This document shows, one piece after another, positions 25,559 to 34,899 of a DNA stretch of 64,000 nucleotides. Below the pieces are notes generated by a model. The model made no database searches and was not told where the DNA came from. It worked only from the letters and a program-made list of their open reading frames with translations. Source of the stretch: Chryseotalea sp. WA131a. GTDB taxonomy: Bacteria; Bacteroidota; Bacteroidia; Cytophagales; Cyclobacteriaceae. Position 1 is the first letter of the stretch; each line of letters begins with the position of its first letter. Position numbers and translations under genes: made by a program. The stretch covers positions 464,830 through 528,829 of the forward strand of contig CP073016.1 of assembly GCA_025370075.1 (NCBI GenBank), given 5' to 3'.

Positions 25559-26731
25559 ATGACGAAGAACATATTTAAAAATACACAGCCTGTTTTTACA
25601 AATCAAAATTGCGTTCGTTTAGTAAAAGGTGGAAGAGCCTATTTTGAATTGCTTGAAAACATGATTGATCAAGCAAAAGATTCCATTAGCTTTCAAATCT
25701 ATATTTTTGATGAAGATGCAACAGGTAAGACCATTGCCACCGCTTTAATAAGGGCTGCCAAACGAAACGTGTCAGTACATCTATTGATCGATGGTTACGC
25801 GTCACAAAACTTTTCAACTGAATTGGTTAATGAAATGAAAAGTGTTGGAATCCATTTTAAATGGTTTACTTCCTTTATCAAAAATAAAAAGGTGTATTTG
25901 GGCAGGCGCCTTCATCATAAAATTGTGGTAGTCGATAGCTTTCGAAGTTTGGTTGGAGGTCTAAACATTAGCGATCGATACAACGATTTTCCAGAAAGTG
26001 TAGCTTGGTTGGATTGGGCTGTTTATTCTGAAGGGGAAGTTTCTGAAGAATTGGAGTTGGTTTGTAAGAAACGAATGATGGATTATTCTCTCCGCTTTCA
26101 AAACCATCGCACCCCAACCGTCAACCTAAGCAATAAGCAGACTTGTTCAATCAAAGTAAATATAAATGATTGGGGTGCACGCAAATCAGACGTTACCAAG
26201 AGTTACTTGGCCATGTTGAAGAGAGCATCTTCTCGTGTCATCATTATGTCTCCTTATTTTTTACCAGGGCATTCTTTTCGAAGAAAACTTCGACAAGCTA
26301 CGCAGCGAGGCGTTAGCGTGCAGGTGATATTGACAGGAATTTCGGATGTGTTGTTGGCGAAACTCGCTGAACGATACTTATACGATTGGCTCATGCGCTA
26401 TAATATTCAAATTTATGAATATCAGCGCAGCGTGTTGCATGGAAAGATTGCCACCTGCGATAGCAAATGGGCAACCGTGGGTTCTTATAATGTCAATAAC
26501 TTAAGTGCGTATGCAAGCATTGAGCTAAACTTGGAAATTTTGAATGATGCATTTGTGCTACAGACAGAAGGAACTTTAGAAACTATTATCGAAACCGAAT
26601 GTGTTCAAATTACAAAAGATTCCTACCAACGGGAAATAAATTTTGCCAAGCGCGTTTTACAAGGGATTGCTTACAATCTTTTGCGGTTTATGCTTGTGTT
26701 ATTCACGTTTAGAAAAAGTCAGCAGGAATAG
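25559..26731 (+). CDS. Phospholipase D / cardiolipin synthase-like protein (two HKD motifs)
   Basis: The HKD motifs are HHKIVVVDSFRSLVGGLNISD and LHGKIATCDSKWATVGSYNVN. I prefer the ATG at 25559 over the TTG at 25508. Confidence 0.8.
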   Translation: MTKNIFKNTQPVFTNQNCVRLVKGGRAYFELLENMIDQAKDSISFQIYIFDEDATGKTIATALIRAAKRNVSVHLLIDGYASQNFSTELVNEMKSVGIHFKWFTSFIKNKKVYLGRRLHHKIVVVDSFRSLVGGLNISDRYNDFPESVAWLDWAVYSEGEVSEELELVCKKRMMDYSLRFQNHRTPTVNLSNKQTCSIKVNINDWGARKSDVTKSYLAMLKRASSRVIIMSPYFLPGHSFRRKLRQATQRGVSVQVILTGISDVLLAKLAERYLYDWLMRYNIQIYEYQRSVLHGKIATCDSKWATVGSYNVNNLSAYASIELNLEILNDAFVLQTEGTLETIIETECVQITKDSYQREINFAKRVLQGIAYNLLRFMLVLFTFRKSQQE

Positions 26732-26809
26732 GTGAAGGCACTTCGGCAGCATTTTAAGAATAGATAATCCCCTTAAGAGTTCCCTGCCAAAAAAATAAGT
26801 AAAGGCTCG

Positions 26810-27820
26810 TTAATCACCCCCCATTCGTTTGACCAACGACTTTAGTGATACCCAATTCCATTCAGCAAACCGTCCACGTTGCACAACCAACAGATTTTCA
26901 GTTGGCTTTTCTAAATAATAATGAAACGTGAAGCGGGTGGATGTTTTTTCCCAGCCTCCAATTCGGCCAAACCTCAGATCATTAAAGATCAAGCCATCAC
27001 TTAATTTCTCTGCGGTATAGTATCCATTTGAAAATTGTAATAAATTCTTCACCTCAGAATTTTGTAAAAGGCCATTTAGCAACCACTGCTTGCGATCGAA
27101 ATAAGTAAAATGAATACCTGCTGAGTGATCAAGGATCGATCGATAGCCAATGTAATAGCCGGAGTCGCTCTTGGCTACACAGTACCATAATAAATTATTA
27201 AGTGCTGTGGGTGTTGTAATATACCCTTCATAGGATATTTTTTGATTTTTTAGGGAACTCTCCACTTGCTGATTGATGGATAATTTATTTTTTATACAAA
27301 AGCCTAAATAAAAGAAGCTCAAAAGCAAAGCCCCGCTTGCCCAAAATTTTCTGTTGGGATGACTGCCACGCAAGATCAATAGTGCAATACATGAAATGCC
27401 CAATCCCACGGAAAAAAGAGGATCAATAACAAAGATTACATTAAACGAAAAGCGCTGGTTACTGAACGGCTCCAGCCATCCAATGCCATAGGCATTCAAG
27501 CTGTCAATCAATAAGTGTGTAAATATTTCCAATCCGATAAACATCATCCAATGTGTAAGTCCAAAATTATCTATTCGTCTCCACCGGTGGGCACAATATG
27601 CGATAACAAGCGACATGAGTACAGCAAAGAGAAATGAATGACTAATGCCCCGATGGAATAGAATATTCTCAGTGGGAGACAAAAACAATCCAGCTATGAT
27701 ATCAATATCCGGCAGGCTTTGATAAACGGCACCCACTAGCATAGCACGTTTGCCCATTACCTTTCCGGCATAGGCTTGACCTATTAATGCGCCAAGGGCT
27801 ATGTGCGTCAATGAATCCAT
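26810..27820 (-). CDS. Membrane-bound metal-dependent hydrolase (YdjM/DUF457-like) with a C-terminal extension
   Basis: It reads MDSLTHIALGALIGQ...LPDIDII...HRGISHSF plus several TM segments. The internal ATG at 27820 fits the family N-terminus better than the track start at 27907. Confidence 0.7.
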   Translation of the reverse strand: MDSLTHIALGALIGQAYAGKVMGKRAMLVGAVYQSLPDIDIIAGLFLSPTENILFHRGISHSFLFAVLMSLVIAYCAHRWRRIDNFGLTHWMMFIGLEIFTHLLIDSLNAYGIGWLEPFSNQRFSFNVIFVIDPLFSVGLGISCIALLILRGSHPNRKFWASGALLLSFFYLGFCIKNKLSINQQVESSLKNQKISYEGYITTPTALNNLLWYCVAKSDSGYYIGYRSILDHSAGIHFTYFDRKQWLLNGLLQNSEVKNLLQFSNGYYTAEKLSDGLIFNDLRFGRIGGWEKTSTRFTFHYYLEKPTENLLVVQRGRFAEWNWVSLKSLVKRMGGD

Positions 27821-27967
27821 ATTGTGTAACCGAGTTGTAAATATACCAGATTTGCAAATGATCTTTGTCAGGCAATTTCTCACACTTGTGTAGAATTTTC
27901 TACTCAACTGTTAAGGATAAGTCACGATTAAAGAGCGCATCAAATCGATTCGAGAAGCATCAGTATC

Positions 27968-28180
27968 TTGTGCATGCTAATGGCCGTTTTTGTTTTGTTG
28001 TTTGTAGGGTTAGGAGCAGCGTGGTGGTTGGGCGAATCACTCCATAACATGAAACTTGGATTCTTTATGGTGAGTGGGATTTATCTCCTTCTATTCATTG
28101 GGGTGCTCATTGCCTCCCGAAAACTGATTATCCCACGTATCCGAGATGCCATCATTAAAAAGATTTATGAACAAGATTAG
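27968..28180 (+). CDS. Small two-TM membrane protein (phage-holin-family/DUF-like)
   Basis: It is a 70-aa ORF with a TTG start and two hydrophobic helices (AVFVLLFVGLGAAWWLG, GFFMVSGIYLLLFIGVLIA). The start is uncertain. Confidence 0.35.
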   Translation: MCMLMAVFVLLFVGLGAAWWLGESLHNMKLGFFMVSGIYLLLFIGVLIASRKLIIPRIRDAIIKKIYEQD

Positions 28181-28499
28181 CAACTATACTGAATTGATGG
28201 CCGAGCAAAAGCTGATAGAGGCAAGAATTGCTGAACAAAAAGCGATTCTCAACAAAGGTATTTCGGCCTTAAAAGACAAGGTAGAGCCATTTTTGTATCT
28301 ATTGCCCATTCTAAACATCTTTAAAAAGAAAGACAGCAACACCTCTCTGTTAAAGTTCGCCACCTCTGCCGGAATTGATTTATTGGTAGGACAAAAGTTT
28401 TTGTCTAAATCAAATTGGTTGATGCGATTGATTGTGCCCATGCTCGTAAAAACATTCTCTTCGAAAGCAATTGTTGGACGAGGGGAGGATAAATTGTAA
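28146..28499 (+). CDS. Hypothetical protein
   Basis: It is a 117-aa ORF overlapping the previous one. The likely start is MNKISNY at 28167. I recognised no family. Confidence 0.35.
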   Translation: MPSLKRFMNKISNYTELMAEQKLIEARIAEQKAILNKGISALKDKVEPFLYLLPILNIFKKKDSNTSLLKFATSAGIDLLVGQKFLSKSNWLMRLIVPMLVKTFSSKAIVGRGEDKL

Positions 28500-28602
28500 A
28501 ACGTAGAGTAGTATGTTTCTTAATTAGCAATAAAGAAATAAACTATTTCACTTTCCACGTTCCGAATCTATTGAATGGGTAAATCACTTTTGTAAGAGAA
28601 GG

Positions 28603-28634
28603 AAAAAAAGATACCGTTTCCAGTATCTTTTTTA
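28603..28634. terminator. Bidirectional rho-independent terminator candidate
   Basis: It has a perfect 10-bp stem, aaaaagatac (28605..28614) pairing with gtatcttttt (28623..28632), and an 8-nt loop. It is flanked by A-runs on one side and T-runs on the other. It lies between convergent genes. Confidence 0.6.
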
Positions 28635-28638
28635 GAAA

Positions 28639-28824
28639 CTATAATGCGGAAATTATTTTATGCAATTCGTCTTTTGTTTTTCCCAGTTTTACTTGAAGCT
28701 TTCCCATCATTTCTTCTTTTTTGCCTTCGGCAAACATTAAGTCGTTGTCAGTCAGCATGGCAAACTTTTTTTTAAGTTTTCCTTTCTGTTCGTTCCAGTT
28801 TCCTTTCACTTCTGTTGTGTTCAT
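28639..28824 (-). CDS. CsbD-family general stress protein
   Basis: It is 61 aa and reads VKGNWNEQKGKLKKKFAMLTDNDLMFAEGKKEEMMGKLQVKLGKTKDE. Confidence 0.8.
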   Translation of the reverse strand: MNTTEVKGNWNEQKGKLKKKFAMLTDNDLMFAEGKKEEMMGKLQVKLGKTKDELHKIISAL

Positions 28825-28898
28825 TGTTATTGGTTTTAAAATCCCGCATCTGGCGGTTCAGCTATAAATAAAATCTTTTATCGACCTGTACTTGTTAA

Positions 28899-29492
28899 TT
28901 AAAAAGTGACTTCTTGATGCTTTATTGGTTCACATCCCTCGCTTGATTTAGGAGTGATGGCGTGAATCAATTCCACCTCACACGCGATTGACACTTCCTC
29001 GCCCACCATCATTCCACCCGTTTCGATAGTTGCGTTCCAGTTTAGACCCCAATCACTTCGGTTGATTTTTCCTGTTAGCGTAAAACCAGCCCTTTCATTT
29101 CCCCAAGGATCTTTTATGATCCCTCCAAATTCAACCTCTAGTTTTACGTTTTTGGTTACACCAATCATCATGAGTTCACCCCAAAGTTCATGGATGCCAT
29201 CTGCCCCTTTTTTTGCAATTGTGCTTGACGTAAAGGTGATTTGCTTATGCCTCTCAAGATCAAAAAACTCCGAACTTTTTAAATGATCATCTCTCTTTTG
29301 GTCGCCAGTGGATATGGAGGATACATCTATCCATAGATTGATTTCGGCCGTTGTGAAATCTTTGCCCGTTGTAAATATGTTCGCATCAAAAACTTTAAAC
29401 GAGCCTTTTACAGAGGCAATCATCAGATGCCGCACTTTAAATGAGATTTCGCTATGCGATTGGTCAACAGTCCATTTAATTTCTTTTGTCAT
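28899..29492 (-). CDS. YceI-family (polyisoprenoid-binding-like) protein
   Basis: It reads WTVDQSHSEISFKVRHLMIASVKGSFKVFDANI...TFTSS...ELMMIGVTKNVKLEVEFGG. Confidence 0.85.
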   Translation of the reverse strand: MTKEIKWTVDQSHSEISFKVRHLMIASVKGSFKVFDANIFTTGKDFTTAEINLWIDVSSISTGDQKRDDHLKSSEFFDLERHKQITFTSSTIAKKGADGIHELWGELMMIGVTKNVKLEVEFGGIIKDPWGNERAGFTLTGKINRSDWGLNWNATIETGGMMVGEEVSIACEVELIHAITPKSSEGCEPIKHQEVTF

Positions 29493-29716
29493 TATGTTTT
29501 ATTTTAAAGTTCTCGTTTAATAATTATGTCGTTACCTAAATGCCTGTATTGGGTCTCATAAATCCGCCTCAATACTGGCTTAATCGAAACCAGCGCGCCT
29601 GACTACGCATCAAATGTGGTACTGTTTACTTAGTTGAGTATTACAGAATTCTTCAGATTGGTTACATGATTCGCATATACCGAGCAGGTATTGGTCGATA
29701 TTCATAACTTGTAGCC

Positions 29717-30190
29717 ATGTTATCGACAGACACTAATCGTCTTGCTTCATTTTGGAATTTGTCCAAAGAAGATGCCCTCAATAAAATTTCAAGTTCTACT
29801 ACTGGGCTTACGTCCTTTTGGCAAGAAAAAGGAGCAACAAATTCAGTAGAGGCGTTGTTAAAAATGGTGCAAATAAAATGTCTCGTTCTGCGGACGAGAA
29901 AGAAGTAGAGGTACAGATTGAGAATCTAGTTTTAGATGATGTTACCTTGCTGTCTGCAGGATATGTAGTACCAGCAGGCTGTTTGTTGATGGAGTCTAAA
30001 GATCTCTATATTGATGAAGCTGCGTTTACGGGCGAAACTTTTCCTGTAGAAAAAATTGTGTTGTAGTTTCGGCAAATGCTCCGTTAGCGAAGAGAACCAA
30101 TTCGCTCTTGATGGGTTCGAATGTCCTCAAAGGCAAAGCAAAAGCCTTGGTAATGGCCACAGGCCCCCAAGTTTATATCGGCTTTGTTTT
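29717..30190 (+). pseudogene. Decayed N-terminal fragment of an MgtA-like P-type ATPase
   Basis: Pieces lie in three frames. These are NLSKEDALNKISSSTTGLTS; WQEK..NSVEALLKMV; EVEVQIENLVLDDVTLLSAGYVVPAGCLLMESKDLYIDEAAFTGETFPVEK; and PLAKRTNSLLMGSNVLKGKAKALVMATGPQ. These match the A-domain/TGES region (here TGET) of Mg/Ca-type P-type ATPases. The phosphorylation and nucleotide-binding domains are absent. The fragment ends where the convergent intact ATPase gene ends. Confidence 0.65.
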
Positions 30191-32677
30191 TCTTTTTCTC
30201 CACTTCACCAACTCAAACCACACTACCGATACAAACCCAACTACTATGCTCATACCTAGCTGCGACAAATTCAGTTGTTCAAATTCAAAGAATTTGGTCA
30301 AAGGTTTTACGTACAGTAAAAGGGCAGTCAATAAAATGGTTACACCGATGATCAATGGAACTAGATTGTTTTTGTATTTCATCGTAGCACTAATTGAATA
30401 GTAAAATGAGCGGTTGACCAATGTTAAAAATATATTGGCCGTCACTAACGCAGCAAAAACCATTGTCCTTGTGTGCGGCTCACTATATCCCTGGTTCACC
30501 GCGTATTGATAGATGAACAATGTTCCTAAGGTTATCACCAATCCTTGAATGATGCTGGTAGTTAATTCTTTCCAACTGAAAAATGTAGTGGTGAAGGGCC
30601 TCGGTTTTTGAACCATGGTATTTTTCTCCATGGGTTCGTTTTCATAAATAATAGAGCAGGTAGGTCCCATGATCAGCTCTAAAAAGATAATATGGATAGG
30701 CGAAAATATATTGGGATAAATCCATCCCAATGCCAACGGAATAAAAACGGTAAGAATGATGGGTATATGAATGGAAATAACAAATTGAATGGCTTTTTTG
30801 AGATTGCCATAGATTTTTCTACCCATCGCCACGGCATCAACCATTTTAGAGAGGTCATCTTCTAAGAGAACCAACGAAGCGGCTTGTTTGGCAATCTCCG
30901 TTCCTTTTTTTCCCATCGCTATGCCAATATGTGCGGCCTTTAGTGCGGGGCCATCATTGACACCATCACCTGTCATGGCCACAATTTGATTTTTTGCTTT
31001 CAGCGCATTAATGATCTTAAGTTTTGCGTCAGGAAACATCCGCACAAATACGCTCGTACTTAAAACTACTTCTTGTAATTCAGACTCTGGCAATTTTATG
31101 AGTTCATCGCCTGTAATGCTCTTTTCAAAGCCTTTAAATTCAACTTGTTTTGCAATGGCCAATGTGGTGGCTGAATTATCGCCTGTAATAATTTTTACGG
31201 CAATGCCAGCTTTATAGAAATTTTCTAGCACGGCCTTAATATTTTTCTTTGGCGGATCAGAAAATGCCACAAGACCCTTGAATGCAAATTGAAATTCTTG
31301 TTGAGCATTAGGAAAATTGTTATCCTTAAGATTTGCTTCTCCAACCGCTAATAATCGGTATCCATCGCTGGCCAGTGTTTTTATGGCTTCTTCAATCTGT
31401 TGTTTCTGAATTACAGTAAGTTTGGATAACGCCATTAATGCCTCCGGTGCACCCTTGGCAGCAATAATGCGGTTGCTCGAGTCATTTTCAAAAATGTGTG
31501 TCATCATCGGAGGTTTTCCTCCTAACGGATATTCATGAACCATTTTATAATGAGGCCTTTCATCTGCAGCCATTGAGGTTGTGTATGCTTGATGAATGGC
31601 TACCTCCATCGGGTCAAATGGAATCGGTTCACTCGCCCACATGGCCAAGCGGATGAGTGCTCTATCATCGTCATTGAATTTTTCTTCTGGATTCGAAATG
31701 GAATTGGTAGAGAGCACAAAGAGTTTTGCTAGGCTCATTTTATTCTCGGTTATCGTACCTGTTTTGTCCGTACAGATAACCGAAGCACTGCCCAAGGTCT
31801 CCACTGTTTTCATTTGCTTTACCACAATGCCCATCTTCATCATTCGCCATGCACCCAGTGCCATAAATGTGGTGAACGCAATTGGAATTTCCTCAGGTAA
31901 AATACTCATGGCTAACGTAAGCGCTTGTAACAAGCTACCCAGTACATTGTAGGAATGGAAGTAGTTTATTGCCCAAACGATAAGGAAGATAGCACCACCA
32001 ACAATGGCCATCTTCTTTACGAAATTGTTTATTTGCAATTCAAGAGGCGTCTTCTCTTCCTTTATTTCCTCCAAACTTTTTCCTATTTTACCTAGCTTAG
32101 TTTGGCTACCGATAGCGGTGATGGTGGCAATCGCTAACCCACTAGCCACCGTTGTTCCTTGATAGATTAACTTGTTTTCTGCTGTTTCGTCTTTGTGGAC
32201 AGATAATGCTTCACCCGTCAGTATAGACTCATTTGCCGAAAAATCATTGGCGTGCACAATTAATCCATCTGCAGCGATAGCTGATCCTTCTTCAACGACT
32301 AAACTATCGCCCACTACTAGTTCTTCACTCTTTATCTCTTCTGTTTTTCCATTGCGAATGACTTTACACTTGGGTTGGGTAAAGTCTTTCAATTTCTCTA
32401 ATGCATTTCTACTTCTGGAATCTTGAAAAGAGGAAATGAGTGAAACCAGTACGATCGCAGAGGCGAGGAAGATCCCATCGGTAGTTTTTCCGCTGATGAA
32501 GTAAATGGAAGAGGCCACCAATAACAGAATAATCATTGGGTCCTTCGCATACTTAGCCAAAGCACTAAGAAATCTATTTTCTTTTTTATACTCTGCTTTG
32601 TTGAGGCCAAATTTCTTTCTCGACTCAAGAACTTGGTCTGCCGTTAGGCCTTGTATATTGAAATGATTTGTTGGCAT
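30173..32677 (-). CDS. Cation-translocating P-type ATPase (type II, Ca2+/cation-like; not a CPx heavy-metal pump)
   Basis: It is 834 aa with TGEALSV, ICTDKTGTITENKM, MTGDGVNDGPALKAAHIGIAMG and PEEIP in TM4. I saw no CPC/CPx motif. Confidence 0.9.
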   Translation of the reverse strand: MPTNHFNIQGLTADQVLESRKKFGLNKAEYKKENRFLSALAKYAKDPMIILLLVASSIYFISGKTTDGIFLASAIVLVSLISSFQDSRSRNALEKLKDFTQPKCKVIRNGKTEEIKSEELVVGDSLVVEEGSAIAADGLIVHANDFSANESILTGEALSVHKDETAENKLIYQGTTVASGLAIATITAIGSQTKLGKIGKSLEEIKEEKTPLELQINNFVKKMAIVGGAIFLIVWAINYFHSYNVLGSLLQALTLAMSILPEEIPIAFTTFMALGAWRMMKMGIVVKQMKTVETLGSASVICTDKTGTITENKMSLAKLFVLSTNSISNPEEKFNDDDRALIRLAMWASEPIPFDPMEVAIHQAYTTSMAADERPHYKMVHEYPLGGKPPMMTHIFENDSSNRIIAAKGAPEALMALSKLTVIQKQQIEEAIKTLASDGYRLLAVGEANLKDNNFPNAQQEFQFAFKGLVAFSDPPKKNIKAVLENFYKAGIAVKIITGDNSATTLAIAKQVEFKGFEKSITGDELIKLPESELQEVVLSTSVFVRMFPDAKLKIINALKAKNQIVAMTGDGVNDGPALKAAHIGIAMGKKGTEIAKQAASLVLLEDDLSKMVDAVAMGRKIYGNLKKAIQFVISIHIPIILTVFIPLALGWIYPNIFSPIHIIFLELIMGPTCSIIYENEPMEKNTMVQKPRPFTTTFFSWKELTTSIIQGLVITLGTLFIYQYAVNQGYSEPHTRTMVFAALVTANIFLTLVNRSFYYSISATMKYKNNLVPLIIGVTILLTALLLYVKPLTKFFEFEQLNLSQLGMSIVVGFVSVVWFELVKWRKRKTKPI

Positions 32678-32823
32678 GGTTTGAGCATCTATTGCATCGA
32701 TCTAACTGATCAACTGTTTGTTGCTAGAAATAAGTTGCCCCCTTTTTATGTAGTCAATAAATGTATGCATAAACCAATGTTTACTGTATTCGAGCAAGAT
32801 ACAAAATCCTTACCAATGCCCGT

Positions 32824-33042
32824 TTACCCAAGCAACCCCTCTTCTTGATTTTCTCCAATAACCTGGGCTATAAGCTCTCCCTCTTCGTGGCATTGCCCAC
32901 TAGCCATTGCGCTGCACATAGTTGCGCGAAGGTCTTTCATATACCCAGCCATCCATTGACCCAAATAGGTACAGTGCTCGGTTGCTGAGGCCTTGGCATT
33001 TGTACCTGAACAGGTTCTAATGATACATAATCTAGTTGGCAA
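32824..33042 (-). CDS. Small hypothetical Cys/Met/His-containing protein
   Basis: It is a 72-aa ORF with a TTG start (ATG alternative at MAGYMKD). It lies between the DUF326 gene and the ATPase on the same strand. I recognised no family. Confidence 0.25.
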   Translation of the reverse strand: MPTRLCIIRTCSGTNAKASATEHCTYLGQWMAGYMKDLRATMCSAMASGQCHEEGELIAQVIGENQEEGLLG

Positions 33043-33103
33043 CTGACACAGATAATATTACAGCCAATAAACTGAGCGATAGGGAAGGTCTCCTAGTTTT
33101 CAA

Positions 33104-33442
33104 TTACATTTTATCACACTCTGCCGCGCATTTAAGACAAGCCTCCGCGCATTTTTTGCAATGATCCATGTGTGTATGTTTTTCACACTCTGATGCACAA
33201 TCGGTACAGATTTCTGCGCATAGCTTACAAAACTTCTTGGTAAAATAGAGTGGGTGTTCGTCAGACCTTGCCAAGAATGCTGCCGCCATACGGCACATAT
33301 CAGCACAGTAGCGATCTAGCTCCACGCATTTCGCTAATATTTGCACCTCTTTTTCATGGATACAAGAAGTAGCGCAATGCTCACAGGCTGCTGCACAATC
33401 GTTGCAGGCATCAATACATGCTTTAAATTTTTCGTGACTCAT
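33104..33442 (-). CDS. Four-helix-bundle cysteine-rich copper-binding protein (DUF326 / Csp-like), no signal peptide
   Basis: It is 112 aa with 19 Cys counted by hand, in a regular CxxxC/CxxC spacing (ACIDACNDCAAACEHCATSC...FCKLCAEICTDCASECEKH...HCKKCAEACLKCAAEC). Confidence 0.8.
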   Translation of the reverse strand: MSHEKFKACIDACNDCAAACEHCATSCIHEKEVQILAKCVELDRYCADMCRMAAAFLARSDEHPLYFTKKFCKLCAEICTDCASECEKHTHMDHCKKCAEACLKCAAECDKM

Positions 33443-33485
33443 ATCATCCGCTATTTAGTTGCCAGTTTAAAATCCACCTAAAATC

Positions 33486-34115
33486 CTATTTCTTCATATC
33501 CCAATCTATGCCAACAATTATTTCATTTTTTCTTCCCATCAGTTGATAAGGAGGATTGTACCCCAGAAAACGAAAATTGCCATTGTAAGAAATGCCTTTT
33601 TCCTTCAATGAGTTTTCTAATTTTTCCGTATAAAACTTTATATCCTTTTCTGAGGCAAAGCCTTCAAATTTAATGGCCGCTACATATTCATCCGGGGCCG
33701 TGTCAATCTTTACCGCAGGGTCATTGGGCAATGGCAAGCTATCTTTTGTGTCAACCGCGGGCATGATAAAACTCATAGAAGATAGTGAATCCGAGACCTT
33801 CATGCGAACAGGTGTGGTCATCGCGATTTGCTTTCCGTCTTTATTGCCTCCAAAGATGTAGTTGGCTAGTTTCTTAAATCCAGAGTTGCCCAACTCTTTA
33901 TGTGATTTTAAAGAGCTTGTGATGGTTGCCATAGCGACAGCAGGGTAGAAGCGTATTTCAAAATCCTTTTCAGTGCGCAATACATCATACTTTTGTGACT
34001 CCGATTTATTGGTTGACATAACAACGTAGGTTTGAAAAATAAAGAAAAGGCCAGTTAGAACAGCAATAATGATCATAGGGATTTTTGATTTTACGTGCCA
34101 CCATTTTTCCATCAC
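33486..34115 (-). CDS. SOUL heme-binding family protein with an N-terminal membrane anchor
   Basis: It reads YDVLRTEKDFEIRFYPAVAMATI...GFKKLANYIFGGN...IAMTTPV...YVAAIKFEGFASE...LGYNPPYQLMGRKNEI. Confidence 0.75.
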   Translation of the reverse strand: MMEKWWHVKSKIPMIIIAVLTGLFFIFQTYVVMSTNKSESQKYDVLRTEKDFEIRFYPAVAMATITSSLKSHKELGNSGFKKLANYIFGGNKDGKQIAMTTPVRMKVSDSLSSMSFIMPAVDTKDSLPLPNDPAVKIDTAPDEYVAAIKFEGFASEKDIKFYTEKLENSLKEKGISYNGNFRFLGYNPPYQLMGRKNEIIVGIDWDMKK

Positions 34116-34215
34116 GTAAACCTGCTACTTTGGAATTGAAAAGACATTACACAACTTTTTGAATAAGTTATGGAATTCACATCTCTAGTCGAATCCAGCA
34201 TCGGTTTAACGAATA

Positions 34216-34899
34216 CTATTGTTTGATAATTCTCCCGTCTTCCATTTCTATAGTGCGGTGGGTTCGTTTAGCAAATTCAGTATCGTGGGTAACAATTAGG
34301 AGGGATTGTTTATCTACCTCTGCTAGTTCTTTGAAAATTGTAAAAACAATCTCGCTGTTCTTTTTATCAAGATTACCAGTAGGTTCATCACCCATAATAA
34401 TGCGTGGGCTATTGATCAATGCCCGGGCAATAGCCACTCGTTGCTTTTCTCCACCCGACAATTGGTTTGCTTTCTTATCGCCCAATTTTTCGATGTCCAA
34501 TCGCTTTAACTTTTCTAAGGCCTTTAGCCTTACTTGTTCTTCTGGTAATTTGTTTAATTTCAAACCAGGTAGCATGACGTTTTCTAAAACTGTAAATTCG
34601 TTTAATAGATAATGGAACTGAAAAACAAATCCAATCTGCTCGTTGCGTACACGCGCTAACTCCTTTTCTGTTTTGCTGTGCATTTGCTCTCCACTTAATA
34701 GCAATTCACCTTCATAGTCAGTGTCCATTGTGGAAAGTATATAGAGCAGCGTAGATTTCCCACAACCAGATTTCCCAATGATGGAAACAAAATCACCTTT
34801 ATCTATTGAGAACGTAATGTCTTTTAGTACGCTGATGGTAACAGGGTCGTGAAAACTTTTGTTGATGTGATTGGCCTGAAGAACGATGTTCGAGTCCAT
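34216..34899 (-). CDS. ABC transporter ATP-binding protein (LolD/MacB-type)
   Basis: The motifs are Walker A GKSGCGKST, signature LSGGEKQRVAIARAL, and Walker B IIMGDEPTGNLD. Confidence 0.9.
   Translation of the reverse strand: MDSNIVLQANHINKSFHDPVTISVLKDITFSIDKGDFVSIIGKSGCGKSTLLYILSTMDTDYEGELLLSGEQMHSKTEKELARVRNEQIGFVFQFHYLLNEFTVLENVMLPGLKLNKLPEEQVRLKALEKLKRLDIEKLGDKKANQLSGGEKQRVAIARALINSPRIIMGDEPTGNLDKKNSEIVFTIFKELAEVDKQSLLIVTHDTEFAKRTHRTIEMEDGRIIKQ

Noticed and set aside
25559-26731. PLD-family protein as a defence nuclease
   Set aside because: It has two canonical HKD motifs and a size and layout typical of cardiolipin-synthase-like enzymes. It has no associated helicase, methylase or other defence gene.
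27865-28499. Holin-like small membrane protein as evidence of a prophage, and a possible three-frame mosaic of its N-terminus
   Set aside because: No other phage genes (terminase, capsid, integrase, endolysin) are in the window. The neighbours CsbD and YceI point to a general-stress cluster. The apparent N-terminal pieces in other frames (STVKDK / VTIKERIKSIREAS) are too short to support a frameshift call.
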